64,000 bases of DNA from Methanobacteriota archaeon (GTDB taxonomy: Archaea; Undinarchaeota; Undinarchaeia; Undinarchaeales; Undinarchaeaceae): positions 102,592 through 166,591 of the forward strand of contig NZBN01000002.1 of NCBI GenBank assembly GCA_002687935.1, given 5' to 3'. Below are positions 1 through 9,579 of this stretch, one piece after another (within the stretch, counting starts at the first letter, position 1; each line of letters begins with the position of its first letter). Under the pieces are notes generated by a model. That model saw nothing but the letters and a program-made list of their open reading frames with translations. It searched no databases and was not told the origin of the DNA. The position numbers and the translations under genes were made by a program.

Positions 1-497
1 CTTTCAGGATCCATCGCACCAGTTTTCTCAACTCTGAAATTGAAATTGTTTTTATCTATACTGTATGAAGCTATCGCAGCCTGCCACTTGGCGTGGTCCT
101 TTCCAGTTCCTAGGCTTGCTGTAGCTTCCAGTTTGATGTTCTGACCTTCGAGTAGTTTTACTAGAGGTATTTTGTCATCAGAAGGTGCAAGTTTGGAATC
201 AGAAGATTTTATGTCCCCAGAATATACAGTGCAGGGACCTTTCTTTACAAGGGTGTATTTAACTTCTGTATCGGGCTTCAATCTTGCAGGTGTCTTCAAA
301 GGAACTAGACCAAGTCTGTGTGAAAGAACCTCATCATAAAGGGCTGAACCATTGTCAATAAAAGTTACATCCCTTATAGCAAGGACTGGAATTTCTGAAA
401 GAATAATTCTTCGTAGAGTGTTGGCAAAAGCAGCTGTACTTTCCTCAAGAGTAAACTCGAGAACATCTCCCTCTTTTTTTACATTGCTAATTTTCAT
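1..497 (-). CDS. rpoD: DNA-directed RNA polymerase subunit D (Rpo3), 3' end runs off the window
   Basis: Manual translation from ATG at 497: MKISNVKKEGDVLEFTLEESTAAFANTLRRIILSEIPVLAI...LSHRLGLVPL...GTGKDHAKWQ. Canonical position after rps11. Confidence 0.95.
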   Translation of the reverse strand, partial: MKISNVKKEGDVLEFTLEESTAAFANTLRRIILSEIPVLAIRDVTFIDNGSALYDEVLSHRLGLVPLKTPARLKPDTEVKYTLVKKGPCTVYSGDIKSSDSKLAPSDDKIPLVKLLEGQNIKLEATASLGTGKDHAKWQAAIASYSIDKNNFNFRVEKTGAMDPE

Positions 498-498
498 C

Positions 499-891
499 TT
501 ATACCCTCCTCCCTCTCTTTCCGCCCTTCTTCCTGAGATGACCATGCTGAACCGGTGTTGAATCTTCTATTTTATTTATTTTAAGACTGCTTCTTGTAAG
601 AGTTCTTATCGCTGTTTTTGCACCCGGGCCCTGTGATCGGGACTTGTTTCCCCCTGGCGCTCTTACATGAACATCAGCTGAGGTGAAACCTTTTGCAACT
701 ATTTCCTCAGAAATCTGAGATGCCATTTGAACAGCAGCGTATTGTTTTGACTTGTCTTTACCAAGCCTGACAACCATCCCACCAGACATAGATGAAATTG
801 TTTCAGCTCCGGTAACATCAGTTGCTGTTATATGGGTGTTGTTAAATGATGAGTATATTCTGATTATTGCCTTCTTTCCTTCTTTTGCCAT
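499..891 (-). CDS. rps11: 30S ribosomal protein S11 (uS11)
   Basis: SSFNNTHITATD, APGGNKSRSQGPGA, RKKGGKRGRRV motifs; S13-S4-S11-RpoD operon order. Confidence 0.97.
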   Translation of the reverse strand: MAKEGKKAIIRIYSSFNNTHITATDVTGAETISSMSGGMVVRLGKDKSKQYAAVQMASQISEEIVAKGFTSADVHVRAPGGNKSRSQGPGAKTAIRTLTRSSLKINKIEDSTPVQHGHLRKKGGKRGRRV

Positions 892-1592
892 TATTCTGAG
901 TCTCCTTTCTTTTCTTCTGAAGCTTCTTCTTTTACTTCTGCGGGTGCTTCTTCTTTCTTTTCCTCATCCTGAGAAGATTCAGTTTTTACTTCTACGGGTG
1001 CTTCTTCTTTCTTTTCCTCATCCTGAGAAGATTCAGTTTTTTCTTCTGCGGGTGCTTCTTCTGTTGCATTTTCTTCGCTTGATTCTTCAGCTTTCTTAGG
1101 TTTCTGAACTTTCTGCTCTCTTGAAGGACCAACATAAGCTATTGAATCTTCTTCATCAAGAGACAAAAGAGAACCAGGAACCCTTCGCCTTTCGCCGTCT
1201 ACAGTAACAAAGCCGTGTAGAACAATCTGCCGTGCCTCTTTTGCAGTGCTCGACATTCCCTTTTTGTGAACTATAGTCTGAAGACGCCTTTCAAGGAAGT
1301 CTGTGGCATCCAGAGCAAGTATATCACTTAGTTTTGAATCCTTGCTAATTACGCCCATTTTAAGTAATGTTCCAAGAAGTCTCTCCTGTTCAGCAGATGA
1401 ATCACCCTTAATTCCTGCTATTTGTCTTGCCAGAGACCTGAACTTTTTAACGAGTGATTCTGCTCTCCAGATTTCCTGCCTCTTTTTTAGGCCATACTGT
1501 CCTGAAAGTTTTGTTTCACGAGTTATTCTTTCCTGAATCCACATATGAGAAGGTGTGGAATACTTTTTTCGTGTTTTGATTGGATCACCCAT
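891..1592 (-). CDS. rps4: 30S ribosomal protein S4 (uS4) with long acidic C-terminal tail
   Basis: MGDPIKTRKKYSTPSHMW, LERRLQTIVHKKG, ARQIVLHG. Residues after about 165 are E/K/A-rich. Confidence 0.96.
   Translation of the reverse strand: MGDPIKTRKKYSTPSHMWIQERITRETKLSGQYGLKKRQEIWRAESLVKKFRSLARQIAGIKGDSSAEQERLLGTLLKMGVISKDSKLSDILALDATDFLERRLQTIVHKKGMSSTAKEARQIVLHGFVTVDGERRRVPGSLLSLDEEDSIAYVGPSREQKVQKPKKAEESSEENATEEAPAEEKTESSQDEEKKEEAPVEVKTESSQDEEKKEEAPAEVKEEASEEKKGDSE
931..1051. repeat. 54-bp tandem repeat (about 2.2 copies) in the rps4 tail, encoding KTESSQDEEKKEEAP(V/A)EV
   Basis: Near-identical units begin at 931 and 985, with a partial third copy. Confidence 0.9.
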
Positions 1593-1594
1593 TA

Positions 1595-2038
1595 TTAACT
1601 CTTAGAAACCCCCATTGACGTTCCCTTTCTCCCTGTTGAGCGGGTTCTCTGACCTCGGACTTTCAAACCGAACATATGTCTTAGACCGCGATAATTCTTT
1701 AGCTTCTTATATTTGATAAGATCATCCCTGTTTGCAAACATAAGATTTGTGTCAAGAAGATGAAGGTCCTTTCCGGTTTCATTGTCCTTCCTTCTGTTTC
1801 TCATCCAAACTGGAAGATTTAGTGTATCAGTTGACTCCAAAATATTGTTAAGCTCCTTTAACTGCGCGTCACTTAATTCAGAAAGCCTTATACTTCGAGG
1901 AAGTCCCAGTTTAAGGCGGACAGCACTGGCAATTGAGAAACCAATACCATTCACACGAGTAAGCGCAGTCTCTATAGTAAGCTCCCCTGGAACATCCTTT
2001 CGCAGGAGCCTGATAATTGTCTTTGCTTCATCTGCCAT
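1595..2038 (-). CDS. rps13: 30S ribosomal protein S13 (uS13)
   Basis: ALTRVNGIG, WMRNRRKDNETG, YRGLRHMFGLKVRGQRTRSTGRKG. Confidence 0.97.
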   Translation of the reverse strand: MADEAKTIIRLLRKDVPGELTIETALTRVNGIGFSIASAVRLKLGLPRSIRLSELSDAQLKELNNILESTDTLNLPVWMRNRRKDNETGKDLHLLDTNLMFANRDDLIKYKKLKNYRGLRHMFGLKVRGQRTRSTGRKGTSMGVSKS

Positions 2039-2096
2039 ATATCAAAACCATGCGTTGTTATAAGAAGAACGCACTCTATTTAGACAGTTAATCTCT

Positions 2097-2114
2097 TATT
2101 TAAAGGTTACGCGG
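2097..2114 (-). promoter_or_regulatory. BRE + TATA box of the rps13 operon
   Basis: Minus strand reads CCGCGTAA-CC-TTTAAATA about 60 nt upstream of the rps13 ATG. Confidence 0.6.
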
Positions 2115-2117
2115 GAC

Positions 2118-2708
2118 TTATGAAGGCATAGGCTTGAGCTTAAGTTTAAGTTCATGTAGACGCTTGTGAATCTCAGGCCAGTGCTCAAATTCCAATTCAT
2201 TAAAAGAAATAGTTAGATTTGGAAGCTCCTCTTCGAAGATTATAGTCTCAAGATATGAAAGCTGACTATCCAGATTAGAAAGAACTGTTCCGGCTTTTAT
2301 GTGGAGTTCTGATTTTTTCAAAATATCTGAAATTATATCCCGTATCAAGGTGTGGAGGTTGTACAGAAGATTTATCTGGTGGTCAATTGCCCGAGATAGT
2401 TCTTTCTCCTTTCCAAGTAAAAACTCCCCTTTCTTTCCGAAATGTGCGAGCTCTTCCTCAGACTCAATTGATTCCAAAAGACGGCGAGTCTCAACTTCCA
2501 CTGCAAGAAGAGCCGCCCTGAGTTCTTCCTCATCATCCTCAAGTGTGTTGACTAAATCAAGAAGGATATCAAGTTCTTTTTTTGGATTGTTTGCAGGCTG
2601 AGTAAGACCTTTAAAATTTCCTGATAGCCAGTCCTTCTTTTTATTTATTGCAACAAGAACTTCTTTAAAGTGCTTGTCCGCTTTTTTAGATAAAGCATTC
2701 TTTGCCAT
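2118..2708 (-). CDS. Hypothetical helical/coiled-coil protein
   Basis: 196-aa L/E/K-rich ORF; TAATG overlap with the upstream gene at 2708. Confidence 0.7.
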   Translation of the reverse strand: MAKNALSKKADKHFKEVLVAINKKKDWLSGNFKGLTQPANNPKKELDILLDLVNTLEDDEEELRAALLAVEVETRRLLESIESEEELAHFGKKGEFLLGKEKELSRAIDHQINLLYNLHTLIRDIISDILKKSELHIKAGTVLSNLDSQLSYLETIIFEEELPNLTISFNELEFEHWPEIHKRLHELKLKLKPMPS

Positions 2709-4309
2709 TATAGTTTCTTCCTGTGCCTCTTAGCTTTCTTGTAGAGTCCCCTGACTTTCTTTCCTCTTACTTTGTGAAGGAGCTTCTTCTCCCTCTTTGT
2801 CAGCTTACCTTCTTCATCAAGTATTTCAAGAGACCTCATTGCATCCTTTGCATCGTGTATGGGTTTGAGGATTCTATCATATCTCTTCTTTGTCATCTTT
2901 GGATGTGGATATGCAGGGTCAGGATATTTCCTGAGATAATCCTGGATAAGATAGAGGAAGGCATAACCTGGACCAAGGAAAATCATAATCATTAGAAGAC
3001 CAAGAACGACACCAAGACCCCAGCTTGCAGTGATGAAGGCATACATTGTTCCCGCTGTTACAAGCATAAGCATTCCCCAGATATAGCCTGGTTTTATGAC
3101 AAGTTCATAGTTCCACCACATTGAAGCTATACCGTAAGTAACTTTCCGCATGAAGCTTACATACCTGTCACGACCAAGGAGACGCAGAAGAGACTTCTCC
3201 ATATAGTAGTAAATTATGTCTCTCTTGAAATGATAATTCTTCCACTGATTGAATATATCCCCAAATACTGCAGTCATTTTGATTCCGTAAAACTCTGTAT
3301 CTTCCCAGGCGTTTTTGACTATAGGTCTGTAGAAATAGAAGAACTTCCACCAAGGAGCGTAGATAAGCTCACGACTTGTTATGACAACATCTTCAGGTTT
3401 GACATCCTCAACATATGAAACCCACTGCATGGCCGCAAGCTTAGCTTCGTGTTTTTCCATAACAGGGCGAAGAACCTCGAAATGGACACCCACGGGAAGT
3501 TTTGGTTTCTTTATCTTTGTTCTTGGAGCCATATGCAGACTTTCAATCTGATAAATAATTTCATTATCAAAAATCGCCTCCTTCTTACTGCCTTTAATCT
3601 CTGCCCAGAGTTCCGGGTCAATATCTCTCCAGAGATCCAACTCACCAGTAACAGCATTTATGGCGAAGGTTCCCTCCTTCATATGACCATGGCTGGAAAC
3701 AGAATAGGAGAACTTCCAGTATGGCTCATAAACCAGCATCTTGGTCATAAACCAAATGGTATTGAAATTTATGAAAAGCATTTTCTCGAAGAACCATTTA
3801 AGCTTCCATCTTACCTTCTCATAATCCCACAATACAGGGAAGGCAGGAGCATTATGCCACCACTGTTCCTTCACCATTGCTTTTCCAAGAAGCTGTTGGA
3901 GCTTCTTGGGACCCATAAGAGTTACTGTACCAAGTGAGTCAGCAGCTTTTTTTGCAGCCTCTGTAAAACCTGTTGTTGAAAGAAGTATAGCAGAATAACC
4001 CTGTGCAGCCTTCATTACAGCATTTATATGATTTACATCTCCAGCGTCAGCCGGATCAGTTCCACGTGTATAGCGAACAACTACACGCCCAAAGGGCCTT
4101 TCAATATCTTTTTTCTCTGCAAGAATATCTACTTTGTAAAGAACACCAGCTTCTTCTTTTGCAGGAATAACTTCGCCTTCTCTTCCGGTTTCCTTTGCAA
4201 GCTCGGAGGTTAAAATTTTGCCTCCACGAACCCCGACACTCCTTCGAGTAACATAGCCATACATACTCAAAAGTTCGTCCGAGAAATCAAGAAGTGTGTT
4301 TACATCCAT
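2708..4309 (-). CDS. Membrane protein with N-terminal degenerate Mrr-like (restriction endonuclease fold) domain
   Basis: VDILAEKK...AILLSTTGFTEAAKKAA resembles Mrr_cat. Two YxPxWKFxY repeats in the middle; two hydrophobic helices near residues 410-460. Confidence 0.6.
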   Translation of the reverse strand: MDVNTLLDFSDELLSMYGYVTRRSVGVRGGKILTSELAKETGREGEVIPAKEEAGVLYKVDILAEKKDIERPFGRVVVRYTRGTDPADAGDVNHINAVMKAAQGYSAILLSTTGFTEAAKKAADSLGTVTLMGPKKLQQLLGKAMVKEQWWHNAPAFPVLWDYEKVRWKLKWFFEKMLFINFNTIWFMTKMLVYEPYWKFSYSVSSHGHMKEGTFAINAVTGELDLWRDIDPELWAEIKGSKKEAIFDNEIIYQIESLHMAPRTKIKKPKLPVGVHFEVLRPVMEKHEAKLAAMQWVSYVEDVKPEDVVITSRELIYAPWWKFFYFYRPIVKNAWEDTEFYGIKMTAVFGDIFNQWKNYHFKRDIIYYYMEKSLLRLLGRDRYVSFMRKVTYGIASMWWNYELVIKPGYIWGMLMLVTAGTMYAFITASWGLGVVLGLLMIMIFLGPGYAFLYLIQDYLRKYPDPAYPHPKMTKKRYDRILKPIHDAKDAMRSLEILDEEGKLTKREKKLLHKVRGKKVRGLYKKAKRHRKKL

Positions 4310-4368
4310 AAACGGGCATCACCAAGGGAATTCATTGCATTTATTACTAACTTAGTAGTTATTTATAT

Positions 4369-5442
4369 TTGTTTATGGTCGCAAATAAGACAGAAATAAA
4401 GGAGAATGGAGCAAAAATCCTGGTTCAGGAAGGAGCGCACACGCCAGAAAAGACTGTTGGTTTCTATAATGCCCGTATGGAATTTAACAGAGATTTCACC
4501 ATAGCAACGCTTTCAGCAGAAGCTCAAAAAGGCTGGAAAGTACTTGATGCATTCGGAGCTTCAGGAGTAAGAGGGATAAGACTTGCCCAAGAAATAGAAG
4601 ACATTGAACTTACAATAAATGACATAAGCAAGGGAGCTGTTGAGCTGATAAAAAGGAATGTAAAACGAAATAAAGTAAGTGCTGAAATTCTTCAGAGAGA
4701 TGCCGCAGCTCTGATGAATGAGAGAAAGTTTGATTTTATAGACCTTGACCCCTTTGGAAGTCCCTCTCAATTTCTTGAACCGGCATTCAGGAGTATTCGC
4801 AATAAAGGAATTGTTGGAATGACCGCAACGGATATGACAGCACTCTGCGGAGTCTATCCAAAAGTGGCAGAACGAAATTATGGAGGAAGAAGTTTAAGAA
4901 CAGAATACTGCCATGAACTTGGAGCCAGACTTGTTATAGCTGCTACTGCCAGAGCAGCTGCCAGATTTGAAAAGAGAATAGAAGTATTGTCAGTTCTGAA
5001 TGCAGACCATTATTTGAGAATAACATTGCGGGCAAGAGATGGTGCAGAGGGTGCAAACAAGTGTTTGACAAATATAAAACAAGGATACCACTGTTTCAAA
5101 TGTAATGAGCATGGTTTTGAGAAGAAATGTAGGTGCAGACAAAAAATAACAGAATTCGGACCAGTATGGAGCGGTCCAATATTTGAAAAGAAATTTATTA
5201 ATGAATCTTTAAAAACTGTAAAAAGGAAAAACTTTGGAACAGAAAAAAGACTTCTAAAAACCTTGGAAGTGATGAAAGAAGAAATTAGGAGTCCGGCATT
5301 TTACTACGACCTTCATAAGCACTACAAGGGAAATGTTCCGAAAATTTCCGAGGCAATAGAAAAGCTAAAAAAACAGGGAATAAAGGCAACAAGAACTCAT
5401 TTCAGCCCGACGGCAATAAAATCAGAAAAATTCAAAAAATGA
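4369..5442 (+). CDS. trm1: tRNA (guanine-26 N2)-dimethyltransferase
   Basis: FYNARMEFNRD, LDAFGASGVRGIR, FIDLDPFGSP, ATRTHFSPTAIKS. Confidence 0.95.
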   Translation: MFMVANKTEIKENGAKILVQEGAHTPEKTVGFYNARMEFNRDFTIATLSAEAQKGWKVLDAFGASGVRGIRLAQEIEDIELTINDISKGAVELIKRNVKRNKVSAEILQRDAAALMNERKFDFIDLDPFGSPSQFLEPAFRSIRNKGIVGMTATDMTALCGVYPKVAERNYGGRSLRTEYCHELGARLVIAATARAAARFEKRIEVLSVLNADHYLRITLRARDGAEGANKCLTNIKQGYHCFKCNEHGFEKKCRCRQKITEFGPVWSGPIFEKKFINESLKTVKRKNFGTEKRLLKTLEVMKEEIRSPAFYYDLHKHYKGNVPKISEAIEKLKKQGIKATRTHFSPTAIKSEKFKK

Positions 5443-6363
5443 TTACTCTTCTTTTGCTGAAGCTTCACTCATTTTATCTGCTATACCCAGCTCATCTATA
5501 AGTTCCTTGTAACGATTTCTTATTGTAACTTCAGTAACACCAGCAACCTCGGCGACTTCTCGCTGGGTCCTCTTTTCATTTGACAAAGTTGAAGAAACAT
5601 AAATTGCGGCTGCGGCAACACCGGTTGGACCTCTGCCCGAAACAAGGTCATGTTCCTGTGCCTGTTTTAGGATTTTTATTGCCTCTTCCTGAACAGAAGG
5701 AGAAAGTTTTAGGGAAGATGAAAATCTTGAAATGTAATCTATAGGTGAAGTCGGAAGAAGTTTTATTTTCAGCTCTCTTGTTATGAATCTGTAAGTTCTT
5801 CCTATCTCTCTTTTCTTGACATTTGAAGCCTCGGCAATTTCATCAAGAGTTCTTGGAACATTGTGCTTTCTGCAGGCTGCATAGAGTGCGGCGGCAACAA
5901 CGCTTTCCATTGAACGTCCGCGAACAAGACCCTTTGTAACAGCCTTTCTGTAAATAAGCGCTGTAGTTTCCCTGATGTTCTTGGGCAAACTCAGAGTGCT
6001 TGAAATTCTGTCTAATTCACTCAGAGCAAAGCGGAGGTTCCTTTCAGTAGCTGTTGAAACTTGCTTATGCCATCTCTTAAGCCTGTAGAAAGATGCCCTC
6101 TTAGAGGGAGATAGTTTATACAAGTCACTGTATCCCTGATCTCCGATAGAAGTTGAAAGTCCCTTGTCGTGCCTTGTGTAAGTGAGAAATGAACCGGTCC
6201 TGTCACGCTTCTTCCTCTGCTCATAATCAAAAGCGCGCCATTCCTGAGTTGTATCAATTTGTCGCTCATCTATAACAATTCCACATTTATTGCAGACAGT
6301 CTCCGCTCTCTTTGAGTCAAAGGACACATTTTCTGAATTGCACTCAGGACATTTTTCCGACAT
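5443..6363 (-). CDS. tfb: Transcription initiation factor IIB
   Basis: N-terminal Zn ribbon CPEC...CNKCG, EWRAF, two cyclin repeats ([24 protein letters not shown]). Confidence 0.97.
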   Translation of the reverse strand: MSEKCPECNSENVSFDSKRAETVCNKCGIVIDERQIDTTQEWRAFDYEQRKKRDRTGSFLTYTRHDKGLSTSIGDQGYSDLYKLSPSKRASFYRLKRWHKQVSTATERNLRFALSELDRISSTLSLPKNIRETTALIYRKAVTKGLVRGRSMESVVAAALYAACRKHNVPRTLDEIAEASNVKKREIGRTYRFITRELKIKLLPTSPIDYISRFSSSLKLSPSVQEEAIKILKQAQEHDLVSGRGPTGVAAAAIYVSSTLSNEKRTQREVAEVAGVTEVTIRNRYKELIDELGIADKMSEASAKEE

Positions 6364-6611
6364 TATACATACACCATTTTACCGAGCAAAGTATCATTAT
6401 CTTTTTTTACGGGCTTCACTGAAATATATGGGCTTGAAACAGGACCAAAAACTTCTGAAATCTTGCCAACAGTATTCCTGTCAGAATCGAAAGTTTTTGC
6501 ACCAGTTCTTGGCAGTTTTCTTATTTTTGAAGAACTGACAATTATATTTCCACTTTTTGACAAGTGAAGAACTTTTCCAAGTAATCCCATAGACTTAAAT
6601 AGTAGCATCAA
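6363..6611 (-). CDS. gar1: H/ACA RNP protein Gar1
   Basis: [30 protein letters not shown]; conserved adjacency to tfb. Confidence 0.9.
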   Translation of the reverse strand: MMLLFKSMGLLGKVLHLSKSGNIIVSSSKIRKLPRTGAKTFDSDRNTVGKISEVFGPVSSPYISVKPVKKDNDTLLGKMVYV

Positions 6612-6634
6612 AGGCAGTATATAACCTTTTCTAA

Positions 6635-6859
6635 CTAGTTCTTATAATAAATAAGCCAAACAACGGCCCCAAGAAGGACGGTTACAGAGGCAAGAACGAC
6701 TGCATACAAGCCACCTGCAGGACCTAAGGATTCTGAAATTGAGAGGCCGCTAGTTGAATTTCCAGTATATACGAACATAAATAGAAGAAGTGAAAGTGCT
6801 GTTGCACTCAGGAAAAGTTTTACTAACCTTTCTTTTGAACTGGGTGTAGATTCTGACAT
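6635..6859 (-). CDS. Small 2-TM membrane protein
   Basis: Start re-called at ATG 6859 (MSESTPSSKERLVKLFL...). Two hydrophobic segments. The longer track ORF overlaps cobO. Confidence 0.6.
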   Translation of the reverse strand: MSESTPSSKERLVKLFLSATALSLLLFMFVYTGNSTSGLSISESLGPAGGLYAVVLASVTVLLGAVVWLIYYKN

Positions 6860-6899
6860 AGATAAATTGTGGATTACCAAATATAAATAGCTTGGCAAA

Positions 6900-7502
6900 T
6901 CAGTATTCCACACCCCAGCGACCCATAACACCGCGGTCAAATGGATGTTTTTCTCTTTGAAGAACTGTAACATAATCTGCCTCAGCTCGGATTTCTTCAG
7001 GAGCACCCCTACCTGTAAGAACTAGCTCAGTGGACTTGCTTTTGTTCTTTAACATTTCCAAAACATCCTCAGTTTTGATATATTTGAAACTGAGAGCAAC
7101 ATTTATTTCATCAAGAATAACAAGTCCAGAGTCTCCAGAGGATGTGACTTCTTTTGCGAGCTCAAGTGCGTCCTTGGAACTACTCACCATTTCAGTGCTA
7201 GTCATAAAACAATCTCTGCAGCTTCCACATGAATAATCCTTGTCCTTTTTGTACATCTCAGAGTAAGTACATTTTTTTCCAAATTGTTTTATTGTAAAAT
7301 TAGGCATAAAAGTCTCCGACGCCATGTACTCCCCAACATAAGTTCCCCCTTTCAGAAACTGTATCATGTAAACTTTTATGCCGTGTCCGATTGCACGTAA
7401 TGCCAATCCGAGAGCCGCAGTTGTTTTTCCCTTGCCATCTCCAGTATACACATGTACTAAACCAAGCCCAGTTTTTGCATCGCCTGTTTCCCCAAACCTC
7501 AT
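6900..7502 (-). CDS. cobO: ATP:cob(I)alamin adenosyltransferase (CobO/BtuR family)
   Basis: GLVHVYTGDGKGKTTAALGLALRA, IQFLKG, LVILDEI, ELVLTGRGAP, KHPFDRG. ATGA overlap with the upstream nrdJ. Confidence 0.95.
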   Translation of the reverse strand: MRFGETGDAKTGLGLVHVYTGDGKGKTTAALGLALRAIGHGIKVYMIQFLKGGTYVGEYMASETFMPNFTIKQFGKKCTYSEMYKKDKDYSCGSCRDCFMTSTEMVSSSKDALELAKEVTSSGDSGLVILDEINVALSFKYIKTEDVLEMLKNKSKSTELVLTGRGAPEEIRAEADYVTVLQREKHPFDRGVMGRWGVEY

Positions 7503-9550
7503 AGACTGTCGCCGGCAGATAAAACTTGATTCTGGTGACTTCCCTCCCGATATACGGTGATTCCCTTACATCCACTCTTCCATGCAAATACCAGAGAATC
7601 ATTTATTTCCTTCAGTGTTGCTGTGTTTTTCAAATTTGCCGTCTTTGAAACTGAATTGTCTACATATTTTTGAAGGGCTGCCTGAATTTTGATATGCCAT
7701 TCAGGGGGTATGTCAAGAGAACTAACAAAAACATCGTGAACCTTTTTTGGAACTTCGGTGAAATTTTGGATTGAGCCAGTCTTTGCAATCTCGGCCATCA
7801 AGGCAGGAGAATAGAAACCGCCATCCATAGCAATCTTCTCGAAGATTGGGTTCGTATATACAAAACGACTGTCCCCAAGAACAGTCATAACATATGAAAT
7901 CGCAAAATTTGGTTCACAGCCGGAAGACACACCTGCAAGAATACTGATAGTTCCCGTAGGTGCAATTGCAATGCAAGTTGCATTCCTCATACGCCTCTTA
8001 TTTTTATGATGAATAGAGCCTTCCCAGGCCGGAAAGGTTCCACGATCCTTTGCCAGTATTTCTGATGTATTATACGCAGTGTCTTTGATATATTTCATAA
8101 GTTTCTCAGCCATTGCAAGACCTTTTTTCGAATCGTATTTTATGTCAAGCATATAGAGCATGTCAGCAAACCCGAAGATGCCAAGACCTATCTTTCGTGT
8201 ACTCTTTGTCGCGAATTCTATGTCGTGATTTGCATAGCTGGCAACATCTATGGAATTGTCAAGGAATCTAACTGCTGTCCTGACTGTCTGCCGGAGAAGA
8301 CTCCAGTCAATATCACTCCAGTCAGACTTCACCATTGCAACCAAATTTATTGAACCCAGATTACAACTTTCATTGGGAAGAAGGGGAACCTCCCCACAGG
8401 GGCTTGTTGCTTCAATCTCCCCGAGGTGTTTGCAAGGATGTTTCTTATTTATCTGATCTATAAAAACAATGCCGGGATCCCCTGTGAGCCAGGCACTGTG
8501 AACTATTAAATCAAAAAGGTCCCTTGCCCGGACCTCTCTGTGCTTCTTTTTTGTGTTAGGGTCAATAAGGTTGAATTTTCCATCCTTCATAACAGCCTTC
8601 ATAAAATTGTCAGTTATAGCAACAGATATGTTAAAATTGCTGAGCCTTCCAAAGCGGTTCTTTGAGCTTATGAAATCGAAAATATCTGGATGGTCAATGC
8701 GGAGAATTCCCATATTGGCTCCTTTTCTTCTACCACCTTGTTTTATGGCATTTGCAGAACTGTCAAAAACATCCATAAAGGCAAGGGGACCAGCTGCAGT
8801 ATCTGCACCGCCTGCAACCATACCCCGTTTTCCACGAAGCCTTGTAAATGAGAAGCCAGTACCCCCACCATTCTTGTTTACAAGAGCAGCAGTCTGAAGA
8901 GTTCCGAATATACCGTTAATCGAATCCTCTATTGGAAGAACAAGGCAGGAAGATAATTGATTCATCTGAGTTCCTGCGTTTGTTATAAGTGTACTACTTG
9001 GGAGAAAGTAGAGATTTTTCATCATCTCATAAAATTCCGTCTCAGTTTTCTTTATAGATTTTGAGCCATATTCTTTTTCAGCCCCTGCAACGGCTTTTGA
9101 AACACGCTTGAGAAGCTGTTGAGGAGTCTCTGTAATTTTTCCTTTATAATCTTTGAGAAGACATCTTCCTTTAAGGACTTCGAGAGCGTAAGTTGAAAAG
9201 TTAAGATTGCTTTCCTTGAAACTCTCACCAAGAACAAATTCATGTTCAGTTCTTTCTTTCTCTCTCTCATGTCTGAAAAGAATATATGCCTTTGCCGTTC
9301 TGTAATGACCGCCCTCAACGAGAGCTTTCTCAACAACATCCTGTATAGCCTCAACACTTAGGACTTTTCCAGAATACTTAGTTCGAAGAGATTTTACAAC
9401 TTCCTGACCTATTGAATAGGCCATCTCCCGGTCTTTGCCGGCAACAGACTGTGCGGCATTCCAGATAGCGTCCTTAATCTTCCCTGGCTTAAAAGGGACA
9501 AGCTCCCCAGTTCTCTTCTTTACTCTGGATAACTTAGAAGTTTTTGCCAT
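7499..9550 (-). CDS. nrdJ: Class II (AdoCbl) ribonucleotide reductase paralog 2: ATP cone, SPCGE active-site variant, no Cys tail
   Basis: N-terminal VKKRTGELVPFKPGKIKDAI ATP cone; LSSCLVLP, QGGRRKGANMG, ATSPCGE, ESCNLGSINL, IAPTGTIS, KGITVYREGS. Ends QVLSAGDSL. Start re-called to ATG 9550. Confidence 0.9.
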   Translation of the reverse strand: MAKTSKLSRVKKRTGELVPFKPGKIKDAIWNAAQSVAGKDREMAYSIGQEVVKSLRTKYSGKVLSVEAIQDVVEKALVEGGHYRTAKAYILFRHEREKERTEHEFVLGESFKESNLNFSTYALEVLKGRCLLKDYKGKITETPQQLLKRVSKAVAGAEKEYGSKSIKKTETEFYEMMKNLYFLPSSTLITNAGTQMNQLSSCLVLPIEDSINGIFGTLQTAALVNKNGGGTGFSFTRLRGKRGMVAGGADTAAGPLAFMDVFDSSANAIKQGGRRKGANMGILRIDHPDIFDFISSKNRFGRLSNFNISVAITDNFMKAVMKDGKFNLIDPNTKKKHREVRARDLFDLIVHSAWLTGDPGIVFIDQINKKHPCKHLGEIEATSPCGEVPLLPNESCNLGSINLVAMVKSDWSDIDWSLLRQTVRTAVRFLDNSIDVASYANHDIEFATKSTRKIGLGIFGFADMLYMLDIKYDSKKGLAMAEKLMKYIKDTAYNTSEILAKDRGTFPAWEGSIHHKNKRRMRNATCIAIAPTGTISILAGVSSGCEPNFAISYVMTVLGDSRFVYTNPIFEKIAMDGGFYSPALMAEIAKTGSIQNFTEVPKKVHDVFVSSLDIPPEWHIKIQAALQKYVDNSVSKTANLKNTATLKEINDSLVFAWKSGCKGITVYREGSHQNQVLSAGDSL

Positions 9551-9571
9551 ATTTTGTATAGGCAATATTGA

Positions 9572-9579
9572 TATTTAAA
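9572..9579 (-). promoter_or_regulatory. Possible internal TATA box for nrdJ2-cobO
   Basis: TTTAAATA on the minus strand 22 nt upstream of ATG 9550, in the only non-overlapping junction of the cluster. Confidence 0.4.

Noticed and set aside
6860-7006. N-terminal extension of the 6635-7006 track ORF
   Set aside because: It overlaps cobO on the same strand by over 100 nt; ATG 6859 gives a clean small membrane protein.
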